In this document: positions 46,462 through 55,793 of the stretch, in pieces
Position numbering within the stretch: position 1 is the stretch's first letter
How the letters are laid out: the number at the start of each line of letters is the position of its first letter
From: Candidatus Parcubacteria bacterium
GTDB lineage: Bacteria; Patescibacteriota; Minisyncoccia; Phycocordibacterales; Zambryskibacteraceae
Direction: 5' to 3'
Assembly (NCBI GenBank): GCA_019661785.1
Contig: JAIFWP010000003.1
Location: 31,009-95,008, forward strand
Length of the DNA stretch: 64,000 bases
Made by a program: the position numbers and the translations under genes
Notes under the pieces: model-generated
Told to the model about the DNA's origin: nothing
The model's input: the letters and a program-made list of their open reading frames with translations, nothing else
Database searches by the model: none

Positions 46462-47004
46462 CTATTGTAGAGGCTTTTTGAAAATGAGGCCATAGTGGTG
46501 TTCCCCAGCCTCGAACTTCCTCTCGAAGTTGAGCCCGAGAGTGATAAAGAGCTCTTTGGCCTCTGTCTCGCTTGTAGGCTTCCTGTCACTTGCCTTTAAG
46601 GTGTCCGCGAGGAACGACAAGTCAGCCCACTCAACCACGCAGACCTTGCCTCCAGGGCGCAAAATGCGCACAGCCTCTCTTACCGCGCCCAGCTTGTCGC
46701 CTAGCTGGAAGAGGATATTGGAGAATATCACTCCATCGACGGCTCCATCTCGGAGCTTAGTGCCATGCGGCTTCTCTATGTCGCCATGGACGACCTCTAT
46801 GTTGCCGCGACCGCTCTTAAGAGCCTCACTTTTGAGCTTAACGAGCATATCCTCGCTTAGGTCTATGGCATATACGGCGCCGCTCTCGCCAAGAGACTTC
46901 GAGAGAGCGACAGCATAGTGCCCCGCCCCGCTGCCGAAGTCGGCCACCTTCTGCCCCGGCGTAAAGCCGAATTCCAAAACATTTCTCTCCGGATCAGTGA
47001 ACAT
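46462..47004 (-). CDS. Class I SAM-dependent methyltransferase
   Basis: Motif I VADFGSGAGHYA, post-I acidic residue (AIDLSE), motif II/III. Confidence 0.8.
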   Translation of the reverse strand: MFTDPERNVLEFGFTPGQKVADFGSGAGHYAVALSKSLGESGAVYAIDLSEDMLVKLKSEALKSGRGNIEVVHGDIEKPHGTKLRDGAVDGVIFSNILFQLGDKLGAVREAVRILRPGGKVCVVEWADLSFLADTLKASDRKPTSETEAKELFITLGLNFERKFEAGEHHYGLIFKKPLQ

Positions 47005-47153
47005 ATATTAATTGTATCCTACTTCGCTCTCGCTACGCAGAACAAGTCAGATATTTGACAAGCATAGATAATAAGGATACAGTGAGCTGAGTAAGCACAA
47101 GCGTGGACACACGTCTTCACTTGGAGTCACCCGAACCTTTAGGAGATTTGCAG

Positions 47154-47618
47154 ATGAGAATGATACGCATTAGCGCAGTGCTCGGCTGCTTGGCAGCTCT
47201 CTCGCTCGCGGCACCCGCCGTGGCGCAGCAGAAGGTCTCCATGACGCTCCAGGCGCGCGAAGCCAGCAGTCAGGGCCTCGGAGGCCCCTCGGCCCTCATG
47301 TCGCTCTACGCGACGCCGGATAGCGCAAGCGGCGTCACCCGCGTGGTGAGCGTCGCGAAGGGCAAACCCTACACCCTCGACATGCGGCCGACCGGCGCGA
47401 ACCTGTGCCAGGTCTGGAATCCTGACCCCAGGGTTCAGAACTGGAGCAACATCGCGCTCGAGAACGGCGCCTACCACTCGAGGCAGATCGATAAGACGCA
47501 TTCATGGTATGGGAAGGACATCAACATGCGGTGCGGCGTCGCCCATGAGAACGAGCTCACTCACGCAATCGAGTTCTCTCAAGTCGCCGTCGCGAAGCTC
47601 ACCTTCGTAGCCAAGTAG
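47154..47618 (+). CDS. Hypothetical secreted protein (start at MRMIRIS; GC-rich)
   Basis: Signal peptide MRMIRISAVLGCLAALSLAAPAVAQQ and a strong downstream terminator. Confidence 0.5.
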   Translation: MRMIRISAVLGCLAALSLAAPAVAQQKVSMTLQAREASSQGLGGPSALMSLYATPDSASGVTRVVSVAKGKPYTLDMRPTGANLCQVWNPDPRVQNWSNIALENGAYHSRQIDKTHSWYGKDINMRCGVAHENELTHAIEFSQVAVAKLTFVAK

Positions 47619-47649
47619 CGGAGCGAAGAAGGCGGAGAGCGGAGCTGTC

Positions 47650-47690
47650 CCCGGCACACACTTGTGTGTGCCGGGGATTTTCTATATTAC
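47650..47690 (+). terminator. Intrinsic terminator
   Basis: CCCCGGCACACACttgtGTGTGTGCCGGGGattttct. Confidence 0.7.
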
Positions 47691-47830
47691 TAAAAGAAAC
47701 TGAAGAATTATCTTGCGTCACGGAAAGAGCCGAAAGGATTTTCGAGCCTCTCGCAGCGCGACTGGCGCGAGAGAGCGAAATTTTCACCAGAAAATTATCG
47801 CGAGGCTAAGAAAATCTTTTCGGCTCTGAA

Positions 47831-50290
47831 CTACAAGCAGATAAGCGAAGCCAAACTATCCCCTTCTCTCAATTTCATAATCCTGACTCCCTGAGTCGAG
47901 CGGCCGAGCACTGGCACTTCATTCAAATCCACTCGGACCACTTGAGACTTCTTCGATATAGCTATGACCTCAGACTCTTCCTCAGTCACTAGCTGCGAGG
48001 CCATCACCGGACCGGTCTTGGCTGTAACCTTCGAGGTCAGTATCCCTGAGCCTCCCCTGCCCTGTGTCTTATATTCGCCAAGATCAGTGCGCTTGCCGTA
48101 GCCGTTGCCAGAGATGACGAGGAGGCAAGCACCCTTCCACTTAGGCTTTATGATATGCGCTCCAACTACCTCATCCTTCTTATCGAGCTTAATAGCTCTA
48201 ACACCGCCAGCAGCACGACCCATCTCGCGGATGTCCGAATCCTTGAAGCGTATAGACATGCCCTCCTTGGTTACTATAGATATGTCGTCCCCCTTCTCCG
48301 CATGTCCGACAGCCATGAGCTTATCTCCGGCATCTAGGCGGATAGCGATGATGCCGCTAGCCCTTACATCGTGGAAGCTCTTGGCCGAGACGCGCTTGCC
48401 TGTGCCGTTCTTAGTCACAAGCACTAGCGAGCCCTCAATGTTCTTAAGCTCCTTCGGCATGGCGAGGATAGACGTCACCTTCTCGTCATCTGAGAGCGAG
48501 ATGAAGTTCATAATGGACTTACCCCTCGTAGCGCGCTTACCCTCCGGTATGTCATACATCTTTATCTGATAGGCCTTGCCCTTGTCGGTGAAGAAGAGAA
48601 GGTCCGAGTGCGTCGAAGCCGTGAGGAATATGGTGACGAAGTCCTCTTCCTTAGTATCGAGGTCGATGACGCCCACGCCTCCGCGCTTCTGTCTCTTGTA
48701 CTCATGAGGGTCTGTGCGCTTCACATATCCACCGCTCGTGAGGACGAGTGCTTGCTCCTCGTCAGGTATTAGGTCCTCGACTGATATAACCTTGGCTCCG
48801 CCCTTCACCACCTTGGTCCTGCGCTCGTCACCATACTTAGTCTGGATGTTTACTAGTTCGTCTTTCACCACGCTGCGAATCTTTTTTTGCGAGCCGAGCA
48901 AGTCCTTGAGTTCTGCAATGAGAGCTTGGACCTCCTTTAACTCGTCTTCTATCTTCTTCCTCTCAAGGCCGGCAAGCTTCTGCAAGCGCATCTCAAGAAT
49001 GGCGTTGGCCTGTAGCTCGCTAAACTTAAACTCCTTCATGAGCGCAGCTCTCGCATCGTCAACGGTCTTCGAGGCGCGTATGAGCTTAACAATGGCATCG
49101 ATATGGTCGAGGGCCTTCTTGAGTCCAAGGAGTATATGTTCGCGAGCCTCGGCTTGCGCAAGGTCGAAGGCCGAGCGGCGTCGCACCACCTCCTCTCGGT
49201 GCTTTATGAATTCGACAAGCATCGACTTCAAGCTCATGGTCTGCGGCACGCCGTCGACGAGGGCAACCAAGTTCACATGGAAGGTCTCTTCAAGCTGAGT
49301 ATGTTTATATAGAGCGTTCAAGACCTTCTGCGGCTGGCTGCCCTGCTTTAAGTCTATGGCGATGCGGATATCCTTGGTCGACTCGTCCCGGAGACCCTTC
49401 ACGCCTTCGATCTTCTTCTCTCTCACGAGGTCGGCAATCTTGCCTATGAGGTCGGCTTTGTTCACCCTATAAGGAATCTCGGTGATGATAATCTGATTGC
49501 CGCCCTTAGTCTCCTCCACAATCTCCGCCACTCCACGCATGAGGATGCCTCCGCGGCCAGTAGCATACGCGTGAGCAATGTCCTTCTGATTGAAAATGAT
49601 TCCGCCTGTTGGGAAGTCAGGACCCTTCACAAACTCCAAGAGGTCCTCAGTAGTAGCCTCAGGATCATTAATAAGCATGATGGTCGCGTCTATGACCTCG
49701 TTCATGTTGTGCGGAGGGATGTTCGTAGCCATACCAACGGCAATACCAAGAGTGCCGTTTAGGAGCAGGTTCGGCGCTGCTGAAGGCAAGACGACGGGCT
49801 CCTTCTTCGTCCCGTCGTAGTTGGGTCGGAAGTTCACCGTATCCTTCTCTATATCCGCAAGGAGCTCGCCCGCAACGCGAGACATCTTGGCCTCGGTGTA
49901 ACGATATGCGGCTGCGCCGTCGCCGTCTATGGAGCCAAAGTTACCCTGGCCGATGACAAGCGGATAGCGCGTAGCAAAGTCCTGCGCGAGCTTGACCATG
50001 GCGTCATATACAGACGCGTCGCCGTGCGGGTGGTACGAGCCGAGCACCTCTCCGACTACCGTAGCGCTCTTACGAGTCTTAGCCGAGGCCGAGAGGCCTA
50101 TCTGGTTCATGGCAAAGAGGATGCGGCGATGCACCGGCTTCAACCCATCTCGCACGTCAGGCAAGGCGCGGTCGGTGATGACCGACATAGCATAGTCGAT
50201 GAAGGACTCCTTCATCTCTGTCACGATGGACCTCGAGACGACCTTGTCCTGCCTGCCGGCAGGGATGTTTGTATCTTTAGTTTCCGCCAT
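47831..50290 (-). CDS. gyrA: DNA gyrase subunit A (type IIA topoisomerase A subunit)
   Basis: Catalytic Tyr region [13 protein letters not shown] region, and C-terminal beta-pinwheel repeats. Confidence 0.88.
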   Translation of the reverse strand: MAETKDTNIPAGRQDKVVSRSIVTEMKESFIDYAMSVITDRALPDVRDGLKPVHRRILFAMNQIGLSASAKTRKSATVVGEVLGSYHPHGDASVYDAMVKLAQDFATRYPLVIGQGNFGSIDGDGAAAYRYTEAKMSRVAGELLADIEKDTVNFRPNYDGTKKEPVVLPSAAPNLLLNGTLGIAVGMATNIPPHNMNEVIDATIMLINDPEATTEDLLEFVKGPDFPTGGIIFNQKDIAHAYATGRGGILMRGVAEIVEETKGGNQIIITEIPYRVNKADLIGKIADLVREKKIEGVKGLRDESTKDIRIAIDLKQGSQPQKVLNALYKHTQLEETFHVNLVALVDGVPQTMSLKSMLVEFIKHREEVVRRRSAFDLAQAEAREHILLGLKKALDHIDAIVKLIRASKTVDDARAALMKEFKFSELQANAILEMRLQKLAGLERKKIEDELKEVQALIAELKDLLGSQKKIRSVVKDELVNIQTKYGDERRTKVVKGGAKVISVEDLIPDEEQALVLTSGGYVKRTDPHEYKRQKRGGVGVIDLDTKEEDFVTIFLTASTHSDLLFFTDKGKAYQIKMYDIPEGKRATRGKSIMNFISLSDDEKVTSILAMPKELKNIEGSLVLVTKNGTGKRVSAKSFHDVRASGIIAIRLDAGDKLMAVGHAEKGDDISIVTKEGMSIRFKDSDIREMGRAAGGVRAIKLDKKDEVVGAHIIKPKWKGACLLVISGNGYGKRTDLGEYKTQGRGGSGILTSKVTAKTGPVMASQLVTEEESEVIAISKKSQVVRVDLNEVPVLGRSTQGVRIMKLREGDSLASLICL

Positions 50291-50549
50291 TGGTGAGTAT
50301 CTTGGTTAAGGAGAGCCAGCTAGACTCAATGCCGTGGAAGATGTTCTGGAAAGGAGTGACGCCTGAAGTTGGCACTGCGGCGAGATTCACTGCAGTGTCG
50401 GCGCTCTCTACAACCTTCGAAGGAGCAGCAAACATGATAGCCGACCAGAAAGCGAAGATAACCAAGGTCGTGCTACCTGCTGTGAGCAGAGCAAAGCGCT
50501 TCTTGTGGTGAAGGGGCTTCTTGTGCAACTCCATTATATATTTCTTCAT
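50277..50549 (-). CDS. Small membrane protein (90 aa)
   Basis: Single TM ORF overlapping the gyrA start by 14 nt. Confidence 0.35.
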   Translation of the reverse strand: MKKYIMELHKKPLHHKKRFALLTAGSTTLVIFAFWSAIMFAAPSKVVESADTAVNLAAVPTSGVTPFQNIFHGIESSWLSLTKILTNGGN

Positions 50550-51100
50550 TCCTCTTTTAGCACTACTATATCACCCTCCTTGCCCTCAAGATCCTTCTTC
50601 TTCACTACGAGTTTGTCGAGATGCTCGCCGTCCTCGCCAGCTTCCTTCAAGAACTTCTTTAGGCTCTCGGGCGAGTAGCTTATAGGTATGATGAGCGACG
50701 GCTCAAGAGAGACAGCGAGCTTGTATGCAGGAGCCGCCTCTAGCGTATCGACTGGCACGAAGAGGATATCGATGTCCTCTAAATTTTCTATTGTCTCTGC
50801 ATTTAAAGCAGGATTTGAGAGCGAACCAAGAAAACACAAATTCAATCCTTCAAAATTTATAAGATAGACAGTATTTATCTTCCCATCCTTGCCCTCAGAG
50901 AGAAAACCTTTAACCGAGATGTCCTTAACCTCGTACTCGCCAGGACCCGAAATGACGAAGCCCTTGCCCTCGACTGCAGAACCCCCAGTGCTCATGAGAG
51001 TGAGGTCGGCGTTGCCTCGGTTCGAGGTAGGGTTCACCGCAAGAGACAGGTCTCCTTGGGAAATCTTCACAGATTCCCCGCCCTGATAGCTGATTATCAT
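50546..51100 (-). CDS. MBL-fold metallo-hydrolase-like protein (degenerate)
   Basis: Beta-lactamase-fold-like pattern of short beta strands with Asp/His positions. Weak call. Confidence 0.4.
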   Translation of the reverse strand: MIISYQGGESVKISQGDLSLAVNPTSNRGNADLTLMSTGGSAVEGKGFVISGPGEYEVKDISVKGFLSEGKDGKINTVYLINFEGLNLCFLGSLSNPALNAETIENLEDIDILFVPVDTLEAAPAYKLAVSLEPSLIIPISYSPESLKKFLKEAGEDGEHLDKLVVKKKDLEGKEGDIVVLKEE

Positions 51101-51171
51101 GGCCCTATTTTAGCATATTTCCCGAGTTTCCGCCACCACAAATAACCTTATTCTTAGGCTTGATTTAATCC

Positions 51172-51200
51172 TTGACAAATAGGCTTAATTATGATAGTAT
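51172..51200 (+). promoter_or_regulatory. Sigma70 promoter of the TTGACA-N17-TGATAGTAT family
   Basis: cTTGACAaataggcttaattaTGATAGTATagaaggag. Confidence 0.55.
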
Positions 51201-51257
51201 AGAAGGAGAATCGGAGATGTGCGCAGTTCCCCACAACCAAGCTACAAGGAGGACGGG

Positions 51258-51692
51258 ATGCCCGCAAACAACAAAGGTTGGGCCCAGGCGATTGGCTACC
51301 TCATCGCCTTTGTGATGATGATGATCGGAGCTGGAGCCCTAGGCAGATACATGCATGGCCGCGAACGCGACCAGGCAGAGCGGGACAGCGCGCGAAAGTC
51401 CGCTGCCACCGACTCAGTCGTCGGTATCCGCGTCATCTGCGGGAAAGTGAAGAGCTTCGAGCGCATCACCTCCCACGAGTTCCCTGTCGTGCACATTATG
51501 ATGGAGAACGGCGATACGTACCGCCTCCTCGGCGATGTCGGGACGAACATGCCTCCCGTGCTCAGCCCGAGCGTCATCAGGTACATGGTGCCTGAGTGGG
51601 TGGAGGAGCATTCCTTACTGCACGCAGGCACCGGCGGGGTAATCCTCACCATGATGCCAGTTCGGAACTGCGACCAGCACAAAAAGAAGTAG
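51258..51692 (+). CDS. Hypothetical small membrane protein (144 aa, one TM)
   Basis: Start at MPANNKGW with AAGGAGGA 5 nt upstream. The track's GTG start at 51219 is an over-extension. Confidence 0.5.
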   Translation: MPANNKGWAQAIGYLIAFVMMMIGAGALGRYMHGRERDQAERDSARKSAATDSVVGIRVICGKVKSFERITSHEFPVVHIMMENGDTYRLLGDVGTNMPPVLSPSVIRYMVPEWVEEHSLLHAGTGGVILTMMPVRNCDQHKKK

Positions 51693-51706
51693 ACACGCAG
51701 CTTTAC

Positions 51707-51736
51707 GCCCCACTCTCACCGGTGGGGCTGCTTTTT
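51707..51736 (+). terminator. Intrinsic terminator
   Basis: GCCCCACtctcaccGGTGGGGCtgctttttt. Confidence 0.7.
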
Positions 51737-51752
51737 TATAACTTTTATCTCT

Positions 51753-51781
51753 ATTGACAATAGATAGATACTATGATAATC
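51753..51781 (+). promoter_or_regulatory. Sigma70 promoter (same family; -10 is TGATAAT)
   Basis: aTTGACAatagatagatactaTGATAATct. Confidence 0.5.
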
Positions 51782-51840
51782 TGGTCCCAGAACCAATGTA
51801 GTCCTAGTCTCACGCAGTCCCCCATCCGCACGGAGGATTC

Positions 51841-52165
51841 AATGATTCGCAAGTTCGCCACATCGATCGCACTCGCAGTTCTCTTTCTCGTCGCCGGCCT
51901 GTCTTATTTGAAGGCGCAGGGCGTCGAGCCGGAACCCTGCCTGAAGGCCATCAAGGTCTCAGAACTCCAGAAGAATGGCAAGCGCACGATCACCATGGCT
52001 TGGCCATCCGATACGACGAAGACCAGAACAATCGAGCGCAAGAATCGCCGCCCGACCATCGTCGTCGGCAAGTTCTACTGGCTGACCTACGACGGCGACC
52101 GTATCCAGGATATCTACCAGGGCAAGGGCTGTCCGGCGACGAAGTCTGGCAGCGTGAAGAAGTAG
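51841..52165 (+). CDS. Hypothetical small secreted protein (108 aa)
   Basis: Start at MIRKFATSIALAVLFLVAGLSYLKA with GGAGG upstream and a signal peptide. Confidence 0.55.
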
Positions 52166-52229
52166 CTTGCGGTTCCCCCACCGCGTGAACCCCTGATCCC
52201 GACATGAATCGTCGTCGGGACGGGGCATA

Positions 52230-52255
52230 AACCCAGGAAACTCCTGTGGTTTTTT
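52230..52255 (+). terminator. Intrinsic terminator
   Basis: CCAGGAaactCCTGTGGttttttt. Confidence 0.55.
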
Positions 52256-52270
52256 TCATCTTTAAAATCC

Positions 52271-52299
52271 TTGACAAAAAATATATAGTATGATAGTAT
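52271..52299 (+). promoter_or_regulatory. Sigma70 promoter (family member; 19 nt identical to the 4695 copy)
   Basis: cTTGACAaaaaatatatagtaTGATAGTATataagaag. Confidence 0.6.
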
Positions 52300-52305
52300 A
52301 TAAGA

Positions 52306-52839
52306 AGGTTGATAAATCACTTGGCAAAGCCTTGCGGCTGAGCTAGTGTAGTCATAGGCAAGATGTACCCTGAATTTGTCCCCTCTCGTACGATCGGAGG
52401 AGCTCTAGGGGCCGTGATTGTGCCGACGTAAGGGTCCTCGCACGAGGAACCAAGCAAGGCGCTAATGGCTTACTTATAGCTCAAGTTCGATACAGAGCGG
52501 ACCGTTCGTCCCTGCTTTGCTCGATGTGCAAGGCAGCGCCTTCGTTCACCCCCACTGCGAGGCCTCACGGCAACATGCAGACAAGACGATGGTGAAGCAT
52601 CGATAGGTTAAGGGCAATACCTTAAGCCCCAGCGCATGAGTGGTGAGACAGAGGGATTAAAACCCCTGCCGCGTAACCACACCCTGAGCTGAAGGCCGTC
52701 GGATCGCTAAAAACGCCGGCCACCGATTGAGAAGACGAATAGTCAGTAGCACGGGTCTGTCCCGCGGCCGCCATCCTCATGGTGGACGGCCGCGGGACAG
52801 AACCCCAGCAGTTACGCATGTTGCGTAGCTGTTTTTTTT
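52306..52839 (+). ncRNA. Candidate structured non-coding RNA, about 535 nt, family unassigned
   Basis: A consensus promoter lies 7 nt upstream. No plus-strand ORF longer than 35 codons in any frame. Multiple GC-rich hairpins, including a perfect 14 bp stem CUGUCCCGCGGCCG/CGGCCGCGGGACAG. It ends in an intrinsic terminator GUUACGCAugUUGCGUAGC followed by U8. Confidence 0.55.
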
Positions 52840-52944
52840 ATGTTAATTTACGCAGGTTCCTTACTAGAACCCGCTCTCCGATATCCCCTCTCGCCTAGGC
52901 AAACACTCTGAGGCTCGAGGACCGGAAGCGGCTTTAAACTCAAA

Positions 52945-54120
52945 ATGGCATTATTCGGCAGGAAAAAGGCTCCCGTCGCAGAGGCGTCGGACGAGCAGGT
53001 AGAGGTTAAGCAAGCAGTCAAAGAGAAGGTAAAGAAAGAGATCGCGGCGCCTGAGGCAGACAACTCCCTCATGGGCTCGCTTGTGGCCAAGTCTCCTAAT
53101 CCTCCCAAGGTGGACGATGTGGTCGAGGGTCCAGTGCTCTCTATAGACAAGGGTGCTCTATACATTGACCTTCCTCCCTTCGGCACAGGTATCATCTACG
53201 GACGCGAGTTCATGAACGCGCGCGACATTGTGAAGCGCGTCAATGTGGGCGACACCGTCGCGGGCAAGGTGGTCGGCATGGGCGGCAAGGATGGATACAT
53301 AGAGATATCTCTCAAGGAAGCTCGCCAGGCTCTCATCTGGAGCGAGGCTGAAGAGGCTATCCGCGACAAGCGCATATACGAGCTTGCTATCACCGACGCC
53401 AACAAGGGCGGACTCATACTTAACTGGCAAGGCATACCTGGCTTCCTCCCCGCTTCTCAACTCAAGCCAGAGCACTATCCTCGCGTTTCTGACGGCGACA
53501 AGGACAAGATACTCGACGAGTTGCGCAAGCTCGTAGGAGAGAAGCTGTCCGTCACTATCATCGGTGCTACTCCTAAGGAGGGCAAGCTCATCTTCAGCGA
53601 GAAGAGCCCAGAGTCGAAGAATAAGGAGAACATCATCGCCAAGTACTCTCTCGGCGACGAGCTCACTGGCGAGGTCACTGGACTCGTAGACTTCGGAGTC
53701 TTCGTTAAACTCGAAGAGGGACTCGAAGGCCTCGTGCACATCTCGGAAATTGACTGGGGCCTTGTAGAGAACCCTAAGGCCATGTTCAAAATCGGCGAGA
53801 AGGTGAAGGTCAAGATTATCGAGATTAAGGACGACAAGATATCTCTCTCCATCAAGGCCTTGAAGGAGAACCCATGGAAGGAGGCTTCGGAGAAGTATCA
53901 CAAGGACGAGGTAGTGGACGGCGTCATCATCAAGTACAACAAGCATGGAGCTCTCGCCTCACTCGAGGAGGGCGTCGCGGGTCTCGTGCACGTCTCTGAG
54001 TTCGGCTCTGAGGATAAACTAAGGGAGAAGCTAGAGATGGGCAAGACCTACAGCTTCAAGATAACCCTCTTCGACCCTAAGGAGCAGAAGATGGCACTCT
54101 CGTTCGTAGATAAAAAGTAA
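52945..54120 (+). CDS. rpsA: 30S ribosomal protein S1 (four S1 domains)
   Basis: Repeated S1 OB-fold motifs (G.V.G.V..G.FV). Confidence 0.88.
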   Translation: MALFGRKKAPVAEASDEQVEVKQAVKEKVKKEIAAPEADNSLMGSLVAKSPNPPKVDDVVEGPVLSIDKGALYIDLPPFGTGIIYGREFMNARDIVKRVNVGDTVAGKVVGMGGKDGYIEISLKEARQALIWSEAEEAIRDKRIYELAITDANKGGLILNWQGIPGFLPASQLKPEHYPRVSDGDKDKILDELRKLVGEKLSVTIIGATPKEGKLIFSEKSPESKNKENIIAKYSLGDELTGEVTGLVDFGVFVKLEEGLEGLVHISEIDWGLVENPKAMFKIGEKVKVKIIEIKDDKISLSIKALKENPWKEASEKYHKDEVVDGVIIKYNKHGALASLEEGVAGLVHVSEFGSEDKLREKLEMGKTYSFKITLFDPKEQKMALSFVDKK

Positions 54121-54133
54121 ATCGATCTTTGAA

Positions 54134-54170
54134 AAGCCCCGCAACTAAGTAGTTGCGGGGCTTTTCGTTT
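54134..54170 (+). terminator. Intrinsic terminator
   Basis: aaAGCCCCGCAACTaagTAGTTGCGGGGCTtttcgttt. Confidence 0.7.
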
Positions 54171-54226
54171 TATGTCTATATATAGACAGAACAAGCTCAC
54201 ATACACCACCCTTGCTAGGAGAGGCC

Positions 54227-54661
54227 ATGCCGTCAGCCACCAATATCCGACATGCGGATATGGAGCGCGTGACCCTGGCGCTCCTCTTACTACTCACGTT
54301 CAACCGAGAGAAACCGGGTTGCTACCCAGAACTCGACCTCGAAGGGTTCCTCGAGGCTTTGGACCAGGCGCTCGTCATCCTTGAGCGCAGCAACCCAGGC
54401 ACCGCTTCACGCATCAAGCTCGACAAGCCCGATCGGGAGACCTTCATCCAAGGCATCCTCGAGCACTACAGCAATGTGGTGAGCATCGGCAAGTGGCGAG
54501 GACAGCTCCTCATCCGCTTCAAGGCTCAGTCCGGACAGAACATCCGCAAGATACTGGGATATATCCAACTGGACCAAGCTTGGAAGATCGAGATAGAGCA
54601 CGCTTGCGAAGGAGGCCTGCGCATCTATCGCGGTCTCGTGAATCCGCCAGACACTGGGTAG
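54227..54661 (+). CDS. Hypothetical protein
   Basis: ORF with GGAG upstream. No known domain. Confidence 0.4.
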   Translation: MPSATNIRHADMERVTLALLLLLTFNREKPGCYPELDLEGFLEALDQALVILERSNPGTASRIKLDKPDRETFIQGILEHYSNVVSIGKWRGQLLIRFKAQSGQNIRKILGYIQLDQAWKIEIEHACEGGLRIYRGLVNPPDTG

Positions 54662-54716
54662 AGCACTCTTCCGGAAGACGGCTAACGCCTCGACTAATCC
54701 TCGGGGCGTTTCCTTT

Positions 54717-55208
54717 TTAATTATTGAACTCTGTCATCCCCTTTTCATAGCCTTGGGCCACTATGACCTCGACGGCATCGGCTACTTTTTTGAATATTTT
54801 CTTCAGTTCGAGCATTTCCTTCGGGGTGAACTTGCCGAGGATGTGCTTATCTACATCTGTTTTCTTCCCTATGCCTATGCGGATGCGGATGAAGGCCTTG
54901 GTCTTCACCGCATTTATTATAGACTCGACGCCCTTGTGCCCGCCTGAGCCTCTGTCGTATGAAATCTTCATGGTGCCTAGCGGCAAGTCGAGGTCGTCGT
55001 AGATGACTATGAGCTTTTCTGCTGCCTTCTTGCTCTTTATCGCCTTGGCTACGCCAGAGCCTGACTTGTTCATGAAAGTATCCAGATGAACTACCTTCAA
55101 CTTTGGTATTTCGCGCTTTTCCACCACCTCTAGAGCCAGCCGGCCCGTGTTGTGGCGGGTCTCGGCATACTCAGCACCCGGATTTCCGAGTCCGACAATT
55201 GTGTACAT
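54717..55208 (-). CDS. pth: Peptidyl-tRNA hydrolase
   Basis: Start at MYTIVGLGNPG. Contains HN.G and D..LP.G motifs. Confidence 0.9.
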   Translation of the reverse strand: MYTIVGLGNPGAEYAETRHNTGRLALEVVEKREIPKLKVVHLDTFMNKSGSGVAKAIKSKKAAEKLIVIYDDLDLPLGTMKISYDRGSGGHKGVESIINAVKTKAFIRIRIGIGKKTDVDKHILGKFTPKEMLELKKIFKKVADAVEVIVAQGYEKGMTEFNN

Positions 55209-55238
55209 GTGGGAAGTATAATACAATGTCCGAAAATT

Positions 55239-55793
55239 ATGCAGCAAGAAACGAGCTTCTGGAGGGAATTAGTCAAGCTCGCCGTCATAACGGCGGTAGT
55301 TGTCATCCCCTTCAGGCTCTTCGTGGCTCAGCCCTTCGTCGTAGATGGAGCATCCATGGATCCGACCTTCGCCTCGGGCCAATATCTCATCGTTGACGAG
55401 CTCTCGTACCACTTTGAGACCCCTCCCAGAGGCTCGGTCATCATCTTCCGCTACCCTAAGGACGAGTCCAAGTACTTCATAAAGCGCATCATCGGCTTGC
55501 CGAACGAAACGGTGAAGCTCGAGCACGGCAAAGTGACTATAGTGAACAAAGAGCATCCCGAAGGTTTCGCTCTCGACGAGCCTTATGTAGAGCTCACTAA
55601 GGACGATACATCAAGCTACAACCTCTCTGATGGCGAGTACTTCGTCATGGGCGACAACCGCGCAGGCAGCGCCGACTCGCGCTACTGGGGACCGGTGCCA
55701 ACGAGGGATATCATCGGCCGGCCAATACTACGCCTCTGGCCGCCAAGTCTCTGGCCGGGCAAATTTACCGAACCAACAAATGCGCAAAACTGA
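55239..55793 (+). CDS. lepB: Signal peptidase I
   Basis: S26 boxes: VDGASMDPTF, KRIIGLP, GDNRAGSADSRYWG. Confidence 0.85.
   Translation: MQQETSFWRELVKLAVITAVVVIPFRLFVAQPFVVDGASMDPTFASGQYLIVDELSYHFETPPRGSVIIFRYPKDESKYFIKRIIGLPNETVKLEHGKVTIVNKEHPEGFALDEPYVELTKDDTSSYNLSDGEYFVMGDNRAGSADSRYWGPVPTRDIIGRPILRLWPPSLWPGKFTEPTNAQN

Noticed and set aside
52306-52839. Calling the ncRNA tmRNA, RNase P RNA or SRP RNA
   Set aside because: The 5' similarity to tmRNA (GGGGCCGUGAUUG..CCGACG) and the ACAGAACCC near the 3' end are not backed by the obligatory elements: a T-arm GGUUCGA with an acceptor 3' strand complementary to the 5' end, a tag ORF ending in ..AA*, RNase P P4 and CR-II (AGGGUGAAA..GGUAAGAGC), or the SRP GGAAGCAGC motif. 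It is left unassigned.
52622-53195. Minus-strand ORFs 52622..52819 and 52848..53195
   Set aside because: They are antisense to the ncRNA and to rpsA with no supporting signals.
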